DNA from: Malacoraja senta
Taxonomy: Eukaryota
Assembly (NCBI GenBank): GCA_038087875.1
Contig: CM075989.1
Location: forward strand, 5,208,001 to 5,272,000
DNA: 64,000 nucleotides
Direction of reading: 5' to 3'
Shown here: positions 1 through 11,551 of the stretch, piece after piece
Layout of the letters: each line of letters begins with the position of its first letter
Position numbering within the stretch: the first letter of the stretch is position 1
Translations under genes and position numbers: made by a program
Notes under the pieces: generated by a model
What the model was told of the DNA's origin: nothing
What the model saw: the letters and a program-made list of their open reading frames with translations, nothing else
Database searches by the model: none

Positions 1-622
1 ATATGTTTAGCAACATACGAGGAACTTGATTGGCCAGGTCAGTTCAGAAATAAAGTTCAAGTCCTTCCTTTTGTTCTTCCTCGGTCGGGGGCCTCGAGCC
101 CTCCGTTGACGGGATGATCTTGACTCCCGTAGCCGGCGGCGTTTGGGCCCTCCACATCGAGGCGATCTGCTCCCGCATCGGGGGAATGTCAGCTCCCCCG
201 CGCCGGCCGATCGAACCTCGCGTCGGGGCTGGCCGAGCCTTCTGCGGCGTTGGAGCTCCCGACTAGCCTCTCCCGAGACTGCGAGCCCTAGATGGTAAGT
301 CCACGGTGGTCGTGGTGGGAACGATCCCAGGCAAGGGATTAGCTCCGATGTTAAGTCCGCGCCCTTCGGTGGGGCTCACGACAGTCCGAGGAGGCCTCCA
401 GCTCCAGCGATGGTAGGCCGCAGAGCCCGGAGAATGTGATCTGAAAATTGATCACATCTCCAGGAAAGTAGGAGCTTGAAAAAAAGTTTCCCCCTATCCC
501 CTCCCCCCTCCCCCCACATAAAACATACCGAAGAACATTAAAACAAACTTTTAACACACTAAAAAATAACAAAAAGAAAGAAAAAACGAACTGACTGCCG
601 GCAGGGCTGCCATCTCCCCGGC
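1..622 (-). mobile_element. GC-rich non-autonomous retroelement, copy 1 (family also at 11552, 14195, 22050, 57911)
   Basis: Same layout as the other copies on the minus strand: short GC head, T-rich tract, poly-G run, hairpin at 429-461, GC-rich body. Confidence 0.6.
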
Positions 623-624
623 GA

Positions 625-775
625 TTAGTGCAAGGTTAAGAAGATCTTAGTTACTGTAAGAAATGTTGCTGTTGGAATAGAGATTTAAGAGTGTGGAGCG
701 ATTGTAACATATGACTGTAGATCTGGCTCCGTGGCTAGCATGCAAACAGTCGCCCGGCTTGGGCACCATCTTGGG
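625..775 (-). mobile_element. Internally deleted Rex/Babar-like LINE derivative (5' head plus start of tail)
   Basis: Minus strand begins CAAGATGGTGCCC and aligns by eye with 27826-27930. Confidence 0.45.
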
Positions 776-939
776 AGCAACCCTAGTGATGGTATTCTTG
801 GTGAGGTTTAAATCAGGTGAAGGATGTTTAGAGATTTCAGAAAGGCATTCCGTAATATTGTCTCCAAGACAGATACAGGTGGTAGCGGTGGCTGGGTGTG
901 TGAGCATGTACATCAAGAGAAGATTATAGAAATGGAGAG

Positions 940-1243
940 GTTTAGTTTAGTTTTGAGATACAGCATGGAAACAGGCCCAACGAGTCCACGCCGACCAACA
1001 ATCCCCGCACACTAATGCTATCCGACACAGTAGGGACAACTTACAATTTTTATACCAAAGTTAATTAACCTATAGATCTGTAAGTCTTTGGAGTGTGGGA
1101 GGAAACCGGAGCACCCAGGGAAAGCCCACAGGGTCATGGGGAGAACGTAAAATCTCGGTACAGACAGCACCGGTAGTCAGGGTCAAACCCGGTTCTCTGG
1201 CACCGTAAGGCAGCAACACTACTGCTGTGGCACTGTGTTGCCC
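940..1243 (-). mobile_element. HE1-type tRNA-derived V-SINE
   Basis: A/B-box head, V-domain core TTTCCTCCCACACTCCAAAGAC, CR1-like tail with (CTAAA)n. Confidence 0.85.
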
Positions 1244-1519
1244 AAACAGTTGGAGAGAAAAATGTAAAACAAAACTATAATGAGAGAGAGGGTATTCTTG
1301 GCTGGCTTTAAAACAGGTAAAGGAGGTGTAGGGATTTCAGAAAGACATTCCAGAATATTTTCTCCATGATAGCTGCACGCACAGTGAACAGTGTCTGGGT
1401 GGGTGGGTGTGTACATGTGTCTGGGTGGATGGGCATGTACATGTGTCTTGGTGAGTAAGCATGCACATTGAGAGATGGAGAGACAGACACTAGGCTCTAT
1501 TCATTTAGTTGTAAAGCAA

Positions 1520-1824
1520 GGGCGCACACGAGCACAGCGGTAGAGTTGCAGCCTTACAGCACCAGAGACCCCATTTTGATCCTGAATATGGGTGCTGTTT
1601 GGACGGAATTTGTACGTTCTCCCCATGACCCCGTGGGTTTTCCAGGGGTACTCCAGTTTTCTCCCACACTCCAAAGACATTCAGGTTTCCAGGTTAATTT
1701 GCTTTGGTAAAAATTGTAAAATGACTCTAGTTTGTAGGATAGTGCTAGTGTACGGGGATCGCCGGTGGCACGGACTCGGTGGGCCGAAGGGCCTGCTTCC
1801 ACGTTGTATCCCTCAACTCTGAAC
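1520..1824 (+). mobile_element. HE1-type V-SINE
   Basis: GCGGTAGAGTTGC head, V core, GGGCCGAAGGGCCTG tail. Confidence 0.85.
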
Positions 1825-2281
1825 ACAGATATGACCCTTTGGCCCACCATGCCCATGCTGACCACTGTATCTATCTACATTAATCACATTCACCCACATC
1901 AGGTCAATAGGCTTCTATGTTTTAATTGCAAGGATACTAATTTTACAATTGAAATATTAGATGATCAGAAGCCATTTAGATCAGTGGGAACGAGTAGTGG
2001 GCCTGTGCCAATCAGACCTGAGGAGCAGAGGTTGAGACAAAGGCTTGATTCTTGAGGTGCCAAATGTAAGAAGGAGGGTTGCAACAAAAGTCGGGCAGAA
2101 CCGAGAGATGGAGAGGGGCAACCTTGCTGTTTTTCTTTCAATTTACTTGTTCACTCTTTACTGAGTAAACAATTTTGTACACAAATGGTACACTGTGTGC
2201 ACCATTGTGTCCACCCAGTTCTTGTCCATCCCTAAATGCCATTGCACTGTGTCAGAATAAATGGTGTTGACCGTCTGGAGG

Positions 2282-2680
2282 CAATAGACAATAGACAATA
2301 GGTGCAGGAATAGGCCATTCGGCCCTTCGAGCCAGCAACGCCATTCAATTTGATCATGGCTGATCATCCCCAATCAGTACCCCGTTCCTGCCTTCTCCCC
2401 ATATCCCCTGACTCCGCTATTTTCAAGAGCCCTATCTAGCTCCCTCTTGAAAGTATCCAAAGAACCTGCCTCCACCGCCCTCTGAGGCAGAGAATTCCAC
2501 AGACTCACCACTCTCTGTGAGAAAAAGTGTTTCCTCGTCTCCGTTCTAAATGGCTTACTCCTTATTCTTAAACTGTGGCCCCTGGTTCTGGACTCCCCCA
2601 ACATCGGGAACACGTTTCCTGCCTCTAGCGTGTCCAAACCCTTAACAATCATATATGGTTCAATGAGATCCCCTCTCATC
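2282..2680 (-). mobile_element. CR1/HER1-like LINE 3' fragment; its upstream part continues at about 6204-6292
   Basis: ORF2 C-terminus RTRGHSLRI...FFSQRVVSLWNSLP and (TATTGTC)n tail. Confidence 0.9.
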
Positions 2681-5600
2681 ATATAACCATATAACCATAT
2701 AACCATATAACCAGTACAGCACGGAAACAGGCCATCTCGGCCCTTCAAGTCCGTGCCGAACATTAAAAAAATAAATAAATAAAATTAAATTAAAATAAAA
2801 AATACTTTCCCCTAGTCCCATCTACCTGCACTCAGACCATAACCCTCCATTCCTTTCCCGTCCATATACCCATCCAATCTACTTTTAAAGGATAAAATCG
2901 AACCAGCCTCCACCACTTCCACTGGAAGCTCATTCCACACAGCTACCACTCTCTGAGTAAAGAAGTTCCCCCTAATGTTACCCCTAAACTTCTGTCCCTT
3001 AATTCTCAAGTCATGTCCCCTTGTTTGAATCTTCCCTACTCTCAATGGAAAAAGCTTGTCCACGTCAACTCTGTCTAACCCGCTCATAATTTTAAAGACC
3101 TCTATCAAGTCCCCTCTTAACCTTCTGCGCTCCAAAGAATAAAGACCTAACTTGTTCAACCTTTCTCTGTAACTTATTTGCTGAAACCCAGGCAACATTC
3201 TAGTAACCTACCGACTCCCATGGCTATCTGGACTACACTTCTTCCCACCCTGCTTCCTGTAAGGACTCCATCCCCCACTCCCAATTCCTCCGTCTACGCC
3301 GCATCTGCTCCCAGGATGAGGCGTTCCACACCAGGGCATCTGAAATGTCCTCATTCTTCAGGGAACGGGGGTTCCCCTCCTCCACCATAGATGAGGCTCG
3401 CACCAGGGTCTCTGCCATACCCCGCAACACTGCTCTCTCTCCCCATCCCCCCCACTCACAACAAAGGCAGAGTCCCCCTAGTCCTCACCTTTCACCCCAC
3501 CAGCCGTCACATACAACAAGTGATCCTCCGTCAGTTTCGCCACCTCCAACGTGACCCCACCACTCGCCACATCTTCCCATCTCCCCCTATGTCTGCCTTC
3601 CGCAAAGACCGCTCCCTCCGTAACTCCTTGTCAATTCTTCCCTTCCCTCCCATACCACCCCCTCCCCTGGTACTTTCCCTTGCAACCGCAAGAGATGCAA
3701 CACTTGTCCCTTCACTTCCCCCCTCCACTCCATTCAAGGACCCAAGCAGTCGTTCCAGGTGCGACAGAGGTTCACCTGCATCTCCTCCAACCTCATCTAT
3801 TGCATTCGCTGCTCTAGATGCCAGCTGATCTACATCGGTGAGACCAAGCGGAGGCTTGGCGATCGTTTCGCCGAACACCTCCGGTCGGTCCGCAATAACC
3901 AACCTGAACTCCCCGGTGGCTCAGCACTTCAACTCCCCCTCCCATTCCGTATCTGACCTCTCTGGTCCTGGGTCTCCTCCATGGCCACAGCGAGCAACAC
4001 CTTAAATTGGAGGAAATGCACCTCATATTCCGCTTGGGCAGTCTACATCCTGGTGGCCTGAACGTTGAATTCTCCCAATTCTGCTAGCCCTGGCTGTCCC
4101 CTCCCCTTCATCAGCCATCTGGTTGTCTCCTCCCCTCCCCCCAGCCCTCGGGCTCCTCCTCCGCCTTTTCCTTTTTTCCTTTCTTCTCCCCACCCCCTAT
4201 CAGTCTGAAGAAGGGGTTTCGGCCCGAAACGTTACCTATTTCCTTCGCTCCATAGATGCTGCTGCACCCGCTGAGTTTCTCCAGCATTTTTGTGTACCTT
4301 CGATTTTCCAGCATCTGCAGTTCCTTCTTTAACAACATTCTAGTAAATCTCCTCTGAACTCTCTCTATTTTGTTGACATCCTTCCTATTATTAGGCGACC
4401 AAAATTGTACTCCATACTCCAGAATTGGCCTCACCAATGCCTTGTACAATTTTAACATTACATCCCAACTTCTATATTCAATGCTCTGATTTATAAAGGC
4501 CAGCACCCCAAAAGCTTTCTTTACCACCCTATCTACATGAGATTCCACCTTCAGGGAACTATGCACAGTTATTCCTAAATCCCTCTGTTCAACTGCATTC
4601 CTCAATTCTCTACCGTTTACCATGTACGTCCTATTTTGATTTGTCCTGCCGAGATGTAGTACCTCACATTTATCAGCATTAAACTCCATCTGCCATCTTT
4701 CAGCCCACTCTTTCCAAATGGCCTAAATCTCTCTGTAGACTTTGAAAATCTACTTCATTATCCACCACACCACCTATCTTAGTATCATCTGCATACTTAC
4801 TAATCCAATTTTCCACACCATCATCCAGATCATTGATGTACATGACAAACAACAGTGGACCCAACACAGACCCCTGAGGCACCCCACTAGTCACCGGCCT
4901 CCAACCTGACAAACAGCCATACCATTACTCTCTGGCATCTCCCATTCAGCCACTGTTGAATCCATCTTGCTACTCCACCATTAATACCCAACAATTTAAT
5001 CTTCTTAACCAACCTTCCATGAGGAACCTTGTCAAAGACCTTACTGAAGTCCATATAGACAACATCCACTGCTTTACCCTCATCAATTTCCCTAGTAACC
5101 TCTTCGAAAAATTCTAGAAGATTAGTCAAACATGACCTTCCAGGCACAAATCCATGTTGACTGTTCCTAATCAGACCCTGCTTATCCAGATGCTTATATA
5201 TATTATTTTTAAGTATCCTTTCCATTAATTTGCCCACCACTGACGTCAAACTAACAGGTCTATAATTGCTAGGTATACTCTTAGAACCCTTTTTAAACAA
5301 CGGAACAACATGCGCAGTACGCCAATCCTCCGGCACTATTCCCATTTCTAATGAATTTAAAATATTTCTGTCATAGCCCCTGCTATTTCTACACTAACTT
5401 CCCTCAATGTCCTCGGGAATATCCTGTCAGGACCTGGAGACTTATCCGTTTTCATATTTTTCAAAAGTGTCCGCATCTCCTCTTCTTTGAATCTCATAGT
5501 TTCCATTGCTACTCTGCTTGTTTCCCTTACCTCACCTAATTCCATATTCTTCTCCTTGGTGAATACCAAAGAAAAGAAATTGTTCAATATCTCCCCCATC

Positions 5601-6202
5601 TCTTTTGGCTCTGCAGATAGCTGTCCACTCTCTCTAATGGACCAATTTTATTCCTTGTTATCCTTTTGCTATTAATATAGCTGTAGAAACACTTTGGATT
5701 TACTTTCACCTTACTTGCCAAAGCAACCTCATATCTTCTTTTAGCTTTTCTAATTTCTTTCTTAATATTCTTTTTACATTCTTTATACTCCTCAAGCACC
5801 TCATTTACTCCATGCTGCCTATAATTATTATAGATCTCTCTCTTTTTCCGAACGAAGTGTCCAATTTCCCTTGAATACCATGGCTCTTTCCAATTTTTAC
5901 TATTTCCTTTCAACCGAACAGGGACATAAAGATTCTGTACTCTTAAAATTTCACCTTTAAATGTCCTCCATTTCTCTTCTACATCCTTCCCATAAAACAA
6001 CATGTCCCAATTCACTCCTTTTAAATCCTTTCGCATCTCCTCAAAGTTAGCCTTTCTCCAAACAAAAATCTCAACCCCTAGGTCCAGTTCTGACCCTCTC
6101 CATAATTATATTGAAACTAATGGTATTGTGATCACTGGACCCGAAGTGCTCCCCCGACGCTTACCTCCGCCACCTGCTCCTGTCTCATTTCCTAACATGG
6201 AG
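2681..6202 (-). mobile_element. Long 5'-truncated CR1 LINE (RT pseudogene), interrupted by a Penelope element
   Basis: RT motifs across frameshifted ORFs: [55 protein letters not shown]; (TATGGTTA)n tail at 2681-2713. Confidence 0.93.
3207..4332 (+). mobile_element. Penelope-like element 3' part: GIY-YIG endonuclease remnant plus terminal repeat with hammerhead core
   Basis: FTCISSNLIYCIRCSRCQLIYIGETKRRLGDRFAEH (GIY-YIG with CCHH); 14-bp TSD CAACATTCTAGTAA at 3193-3206 and 4333-4346. Confidence 0.9.
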
Positions 6203-6682
6203 TTCATCCTTCTAAACTCCAGAGTGTACAAGCCCAGCTGCTCCATTCTCTCAGCATATGACAGTCCCGCCATCCCGGGAATTAACCTTGTTACATGTGA
6301 GGGCCACACTGGGTCAGGGCAGGGGAAGTCCTACACTGATAGACTTTGGCGAGCCAGGTGGGTTTTTAATAACGATTCGACAATCGTGGATATCATCACT
6401 CTTCATGGCACGACCCAAACATTAGATCAATGGCTAGAACTCTACTGGTTCATTAACTTAACATGGCTACTAGTCCATTAACTTAACCACTATGCTACCA
6501 CTTTCGCAGAAGGAAGGAGACAATCTATCTAATGAATACGGTAATGCCTAGGTACCTCTGGTTCAAATGTGTTGTGAAGCCTACAGTCTGATTCAACCTA
6601 GAACACTAACTAGAAAGGGGGATGGAATTAGCTTTGGGAAAGAAGAAATATCCACGTTTTATTCCTACTATTTGATGATAAT

Positions 6683-7215
6683 CGGGCAGAGAAATGGCAG
6701 GTAGAGTTTTATTCAAGCAAGTGAGAGGTGTTGCACTTTGGGAGGTCAAGAGTCAAATGTCAAGTGTCAAGAGTGTTTTATTGTCCTATGTCCCAGAACA
6801 ATGAAATTCTTACTTGCAGCAACACAGAATATAATATAGAGAATCAATAATAGAATAGAATTGAATGTAAGGGGAAAATATGCAATCAATGGCAAGATCT
6901 TGAACAGCATTGATGAACAGAGGGATCTTGGAATCTAAATCCATGACTCCCTGATAGTGGCAACACGAGTGATAGTGTGGTAAAGAAGGCTTAATGTATG
7001 CTTGCTTTCATAAATTGGGGCACTGAGTATAAGAGTAGGAAGTGATGATGTGGCTTTATAGGACATTGCCTTGGACGCATTAGGAATATTGTGTGTAGTT
7101 CTGGTCACCACATTACAAGAAGGATGTGGAGGTTTTGAAGAGGGTTCAGAAGTGGTTTATCAGAATGCTGCCTGGATTAGAGGGTGTTAATTACAAGGGG
7201 AGTTTGATCAGACTA
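6683..7215 (+). mobile_element. Degenerate CR1 LINE fragment containing a short LINE-tail insertion at about 6749-6865
   Basis: KCEVLHFGR-like and LEYCV.FWSPHY-like remnants; RVQKWFIRMLPGLE. Confidence 0.75.
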
Positions 7216-7380
7216 CAATTATGTTCTAGGATGGGTTCTAGGATTGAACAGAATAGGATTAGTTTGCTTTTCACAAATCTTACATGGTCCAGTATTTTTG
7301 CTCCCTCTAATATCCTTCATTAATTCATTGCTTGACTGCTTTTCTTGTCTGACAAGTTATTGCACATATAGAAGTTAACT

Positions 7381-7541
7381 GTTTAGTTCAGTTTAGAGAC
7401 TCAGCACAGAAACAAGCCCTTTGGCCCATCGAGTCCGTGCCAACCCAGTGATCCCCGCACACTAACACTATCCTACACACACTAGGGACAATTTACATTT
7501 ATACTGAGCCAATTAACCTACAAACCTCTACGTCTTTGGAG
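7381..7541 (-). mobile_element. HE1 SINE 3' half
   Basis: Matches tail and part of core of other copies. Confidence 0.8.
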
Positions 7542-7654
7542 TCTCAGGTGTAAATTATTCTGGCATGTCCTGACAGTGTCACAGATCCATGTTCTACAGA
7601 GATGGTGTCTGACCCACTGAGTTACTCCTGCACTTATTGTCTTTTTCTTTGTGT

Positions 7655-8070
7655 TTAATTATCATATGCACCAGGAATTAAACAAATACATTCTTACTAG
7701 TTGATGCTTTACAGGGACATTCATGCAACAACACAACTAATATATACCATGATCGATAATGCAATAAATGATCACTTATCTTAGGTAACCGGACCATCAT
7801 GGTGCAAACTGAAGAACGTGGTACAACCTGAACAAAGTCCATGGTAGATGGTTGCTGAAGTAGGACGTGGTCAGGATTATGCAGGATAGTTTAAGAGCAT
7901 GTTGGTTTTTGGGAAGAAACAAGTCTTGAAGCTGGAGGTCACGGTTCTCAGGCTCCTGCCCCTTCTTCCCGATGGTGGCAGTGTGATGAGAGCGTGGTAA
8001 AGGTGGTCCGGGTCTTTGATGAGATTTGCGTTCCTGCACTCTGATGCATCGTTGTGGGAATTCCGGGAAG
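7655..8070 (-). mobile_element. Old Rex1/Babar-like LINE 3' fragment
   Basis: Remnant of IKDP.HP...LPSGRR motif on minus strand. Confidence 0.6.
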
Positions 8071-8077
8071 AACCTTT

Positions 8078-8405
8078 GGGCGGCCACGGTGGTGCAGCGG
8101 TAGAGTTGCTGCCTTACAGCGCTTACAGCGCCGGAGACCCGGTTCAATCCCGACTACGGGTGCTGTCTGTACGGAGTTTGTACGTTCTCCCCATGACCGC
8201 GTGGGTTTCTCCGAGATCTTTGGTTTCCTCCCACACTCCAAAGACGTACAGGAATGTAGGTTGATTGGATAGGTGTATGTGTAAATTGTCCCTAGTGTGT
8301 GTAGGATAGTGTTAATGTGCGGGGATCACTGGTTGGTGTGGACTCGGTGGGTCGAAGGGCCTGTTTCCGCGCTGTATCTCTAAATTAAACAAAACTAAAC
8401 TGAAC
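8078..8405 (+). mobile_element. HE1-type V-SINE, full length
   Basis: GGGCGGCCACGGTGGTGCAGCGG head, GGTTCAATCC B box, V core, tail. Confidence 0.9.
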
Positions 8406-8776
8406 TGTTCGGCCATCTTGTCGTGAACTTGGGCGGCACTTCCTACTGTGGGGATGTGTACTTTATTCTAATGAAGTCTCCCATCAGTGCAAAGCTAAAC
8501 ATGTCTGGTCACACTGACCCACAAAGTCAACAACTTGTACACCTGCGTGTCTTGGTTTTTAGTGATAGGAATGTGTTGCAAAGGGAAAATTGCAGGATAC
8601 TGGATCATAATAGTTAATTGTGTGATAAAATGTACCTGAACCACTCCACATGTCTGCTGTCAAATATGATGTAAAAAGACTGCATCCTCTGAGTCTAGAG
8701 AGCAGTCTCTTGACTGACTGTCCTCTTCATCTGACGGATTATTGCTTGCGAATAAAGTAATAGTTAACTCTCACTA

Positions 8777-8872
8777 AAGATACACAAAAAGCTGGTGTAA
8801 TTCAACGAGTCAGACAGCATCCCTGGAGAAAAGGAATAGGTGACATTTCGGGTCGAGACCCTTCTTCAGACC
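8777..8872 (-). repeat. Penelope-derived terminal repeat with hammerhead-like core
   Basis: Minus strand reads GGT-CTGAAGA-A-GGGT-CTCG-ACCC-GAAAT-GTC-ACC. Confidence 0.7.
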
Positions 8873-9186
8873 GGAGAGGCGTAGTCTAGTGGGGACACCC
8901 CTTAAACACCCCTTATCATCCAAGAGGCCACAGTGTTTTGTTTGAAGATGCGGACACCACTGAGTATACCAGTAATGAATGTATGATTCGTTTATGCTGA
9001 GGAATGAACTATGTTCAGCAGCGGAAGGACCCCACGCCGTGGTCCCCATACACCGAGCTGTAATGTTTTTATTTATTTCCAAAAATAAACTTTATTAAAA
9101 TTTTTAAAAAACATGTACAAAACAAGAACGGAGCAAAAACTTTTGATATTCCCAGCATGTATAAATTCATTGGTTTCATATTCAGT

Positions 9187-9530
9187 GTAGTTTAGTTCAG
9201 TTTAGTTCAGTTTAGTTTAGATGTACAGTGTGGAAACTGGCCCTTCGGCCCAACGAGTCCGCAATGACCAGCAATTCCCACACACTAACACTAACACTAT
9301 CCCACACAAACTAGGGGCAATTTACATTTACACCAAGCCAATTAACCTGCAAACCTGTACGTCTTTGGAGTGCGGGAGGAAACTGAAGATCTCGGAGAAA
9401 ACCCACATGGTCAGGGGCAGAATGTACCAACGCCGTACAGACGGCACCTGTAGTCAGGATCGAACCCGGGTCTCTGGTGCTGCAAGAGCAGTAAGGCAGC
9501 AACTCTACACGCTATGCCCCCCTGCCACCC
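9187..9530 (-). mobile_element. HE1-type V-SINE
   Basis: Full SINE layout on minus strand. Confidence 0.85.
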
Positions 9531-9864
9531 TAGTGTTTGCAAACTATCCTTAAACCAAGCATCCTCGCCACTTCAATGGCCCCTTGGATGATATTCTTTG
9601 CCTTGTTTGAGGGCTGTCCCACCAGACTCTGCCCTTCAATGTCCCGCAGCTGCAGTAGATGAACAACAGCCTGATGTATGTTCTTGTTGTCCACATCGTG
9701 CAGTGGAGAATGGGGAGCGTGTGTTTTTGCATCCTCTGTTGATCTGTTGTGGACTCTGAGCCTGCTGTGCTGCGGACTTTGAAATGGCTCAGTGAGCAAC
9801 TCGTTTAAAGTCCAGTTTTGCACGGGCAATAAATGCTGGCCCTTCCACCGATGTCTACATTTCC

Positions 9865-10276
9865 AATCTTCTCCGTGGATTGTCACCTTGTCGTGGTGGA
9901 GAAGCTTGTGTGGTCCTGAGATCCTGAGAGCGATGCCGTCCGGAGCTATGCCCCTGGTAGGGCCACCCATGGCGGTGAGGTCGAGGGGGAGGTCTCTGAC
10001 AAAGAGCGATCCAACCAAGACCTCAACGTATGGAACAGGCGGAGGACGATGGCTGATGTTAGTGGAGCGTCACAACGGCTGGGAAGGCGGATGAAGGCTG
10101 CAGCAGAAAAGGGTCTCCGGTGGTCTTGGACTCCATGCCACTGGATCCTGACCTAGATCTGTCAAGGACCGTGTGGTGGCTGTCTGTGCACCAGTTGCCC
10201 CACGTTAAACAAAGTCACGCACAGGCATCCTCCATGAGAGGACAGTCATACTCGTTTCGAGTGACCACCGATGATG
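9865..10276 (+). mobile_element. Non-autonomous RTE- or ingi/Vingi-related retroelement headed by an HDV-like ribozyme fold
   Basis: 8-bp TSD ACATTTCC at 9857-9864 and 10277-10284; (GAT)n tail; no RT ORF. Confidence 0.75.
9868..10013 (+). ncRNA. Putative HDV-like self-cleaving ribozyme
   Basis: P1 CTTCTCC/GGAGAAG, P2 TGGATTGT/GCGATCCA, P3 ACC/GGT, L3 TTGTCGT, J4/2 CAAA with candidate catalytic C at 10000. Confidence 0.65.
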
Positions 10277-10470
10277 ACATTTCCGTGAATACATTTTAAA
10301 AGTCTATCTCGCAATCAATGTTATGGTTCTGAAAGGTTCTTAATAGGCACTTGGACCTTGAAAGCTCTTGAAAACCAACGATTAGGTAGGTTTAGGTTTT
10401 GGTTTATGTTTGTTATTGTCATGTGTACTGAGGTACAGTGAGAAGCTTTGTTTAGCGTGCTATCCAACAG

Positions 10471-10750
10471 GGGGGAAGCACGGTGGCGCAGCGGTAGAGT
10501 TGCTGCCTTGCAGCGCCAGAGACTGGGTTCAATCCTGACTACAGGCGTTGTCTGTACAGAGTCTGTACGTTTCTCCTCATGACCATGTGGGTTTCTCTGG
10601 TTTCCTCCCACACTCCCCAATACATGTAGGTTTGTAGGTTAATTGGCTTCTGTAAATTATGTGTAGGATAGGGCTGGTGTACGGGGTGATCGTTGGTCAG
10701 CGCGGACTCGGTGGGCCAAAGGACCTGTTTCCACGGTGTATCTGAAGTAA
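10471..10750 (+). mobile_element. HE1-type V-SINE inserted in a Rex-like tail
   Basis: Head, B box, V core, tail. Confidence 0.85.
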
Positions 10751-10943
10751 AGATCAGATACACGATACATAAATACAATCAAATGAAACGCGAGTGCAAT
10801 ATATAGAGCAGAGGGCTAGAGCAGAATATAGTTCTCAGCATCGTAGCGCAGCAGGTTGTTTTGCTCTCTTGTTGTAAACTGCATTTGCGAAGTGAGTGCG
10901 GACAGGTTCAGGGTCATCAATGCGCCTATCCCCAGCAAACTAA

Positions 10944-11434
10944 AGGGGCTGTCCCACGGGCAGGCGATTCCATGCGGCAAGCGCGACCTAACCGGAAGCG
11001 GGGGCCGCGTGGCTGCCGAGTGATCACCGTACGGCCTGTCCCACGAGCATGCGAATGCATGTGGCGAGCGCGACCTAACCGGAAGCGGGGGGTGCGCGGA
11101 CGTCCAGTTCGGCTGGAAGCTCGAGCCTGACGCCATTTTAACTCATTGAAACGGGTGTTGCAGGCTGCTATTCCATCATCATCACAATGGAAGAATGGCG
11201 TCGAGGCGGTGCTCGCGGCGTCGAGGCGGCAGCGGGGCGGCAGGCCGTTGCCGCGCGGGATTTTTGAACACTGTCACTTTTTCGGAGCCCCGTGCGGTGT
11301 CGGGACCAACTCCATATGGCTCCGGCGATCTACGTGGGACCGGCCCCGCGACCTCCGCGCGGTCCCCGCATGGCCCCCGCTTCCGGTTAGGTCGTGCTTG
11401 CCGCATGGAATCGCCTGCCTGTGGGACAGCCCCT
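10944..11434. mobile_element. PIF/Harbinger-type MITE
   Basis: About 60-bp TIRs starting AGGGGCTGTCCCAC; 3-bp TSD TAA at 10941-10943 and 11435-11437. Confidence 0.8.
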
Positions 11435-11551
11435 TAAGTCTCCCAGGGGAACAGTGAGAGTCGCTACACAGAGTATTGTCACAATGATGCAGCAATAGAA
11501 TGTCAAGAGTTAAGAGAGGGGGGGAAAATGAGAGGGAGGCATAAGATGTTC

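Noticed and set aside
791..1480. Diverged direct duplication (791-940 versus 1291-1480)
   Set aside because: Resembles old L2-type LINE remnants, so probably TE debris, not a functional duplication.
4111..6036. Intact, active reverse transcriptase gene
   Set aside because: CR1 ORF2 is broken by several frameshifts, a Penelope insertion and 5' truncation.
8078..8160. tRNA genes suggested by A/B boxes
   Set aside because: These are SINE heads continuous with the V-domain and CR1-like tail; no complete cloverleaf.
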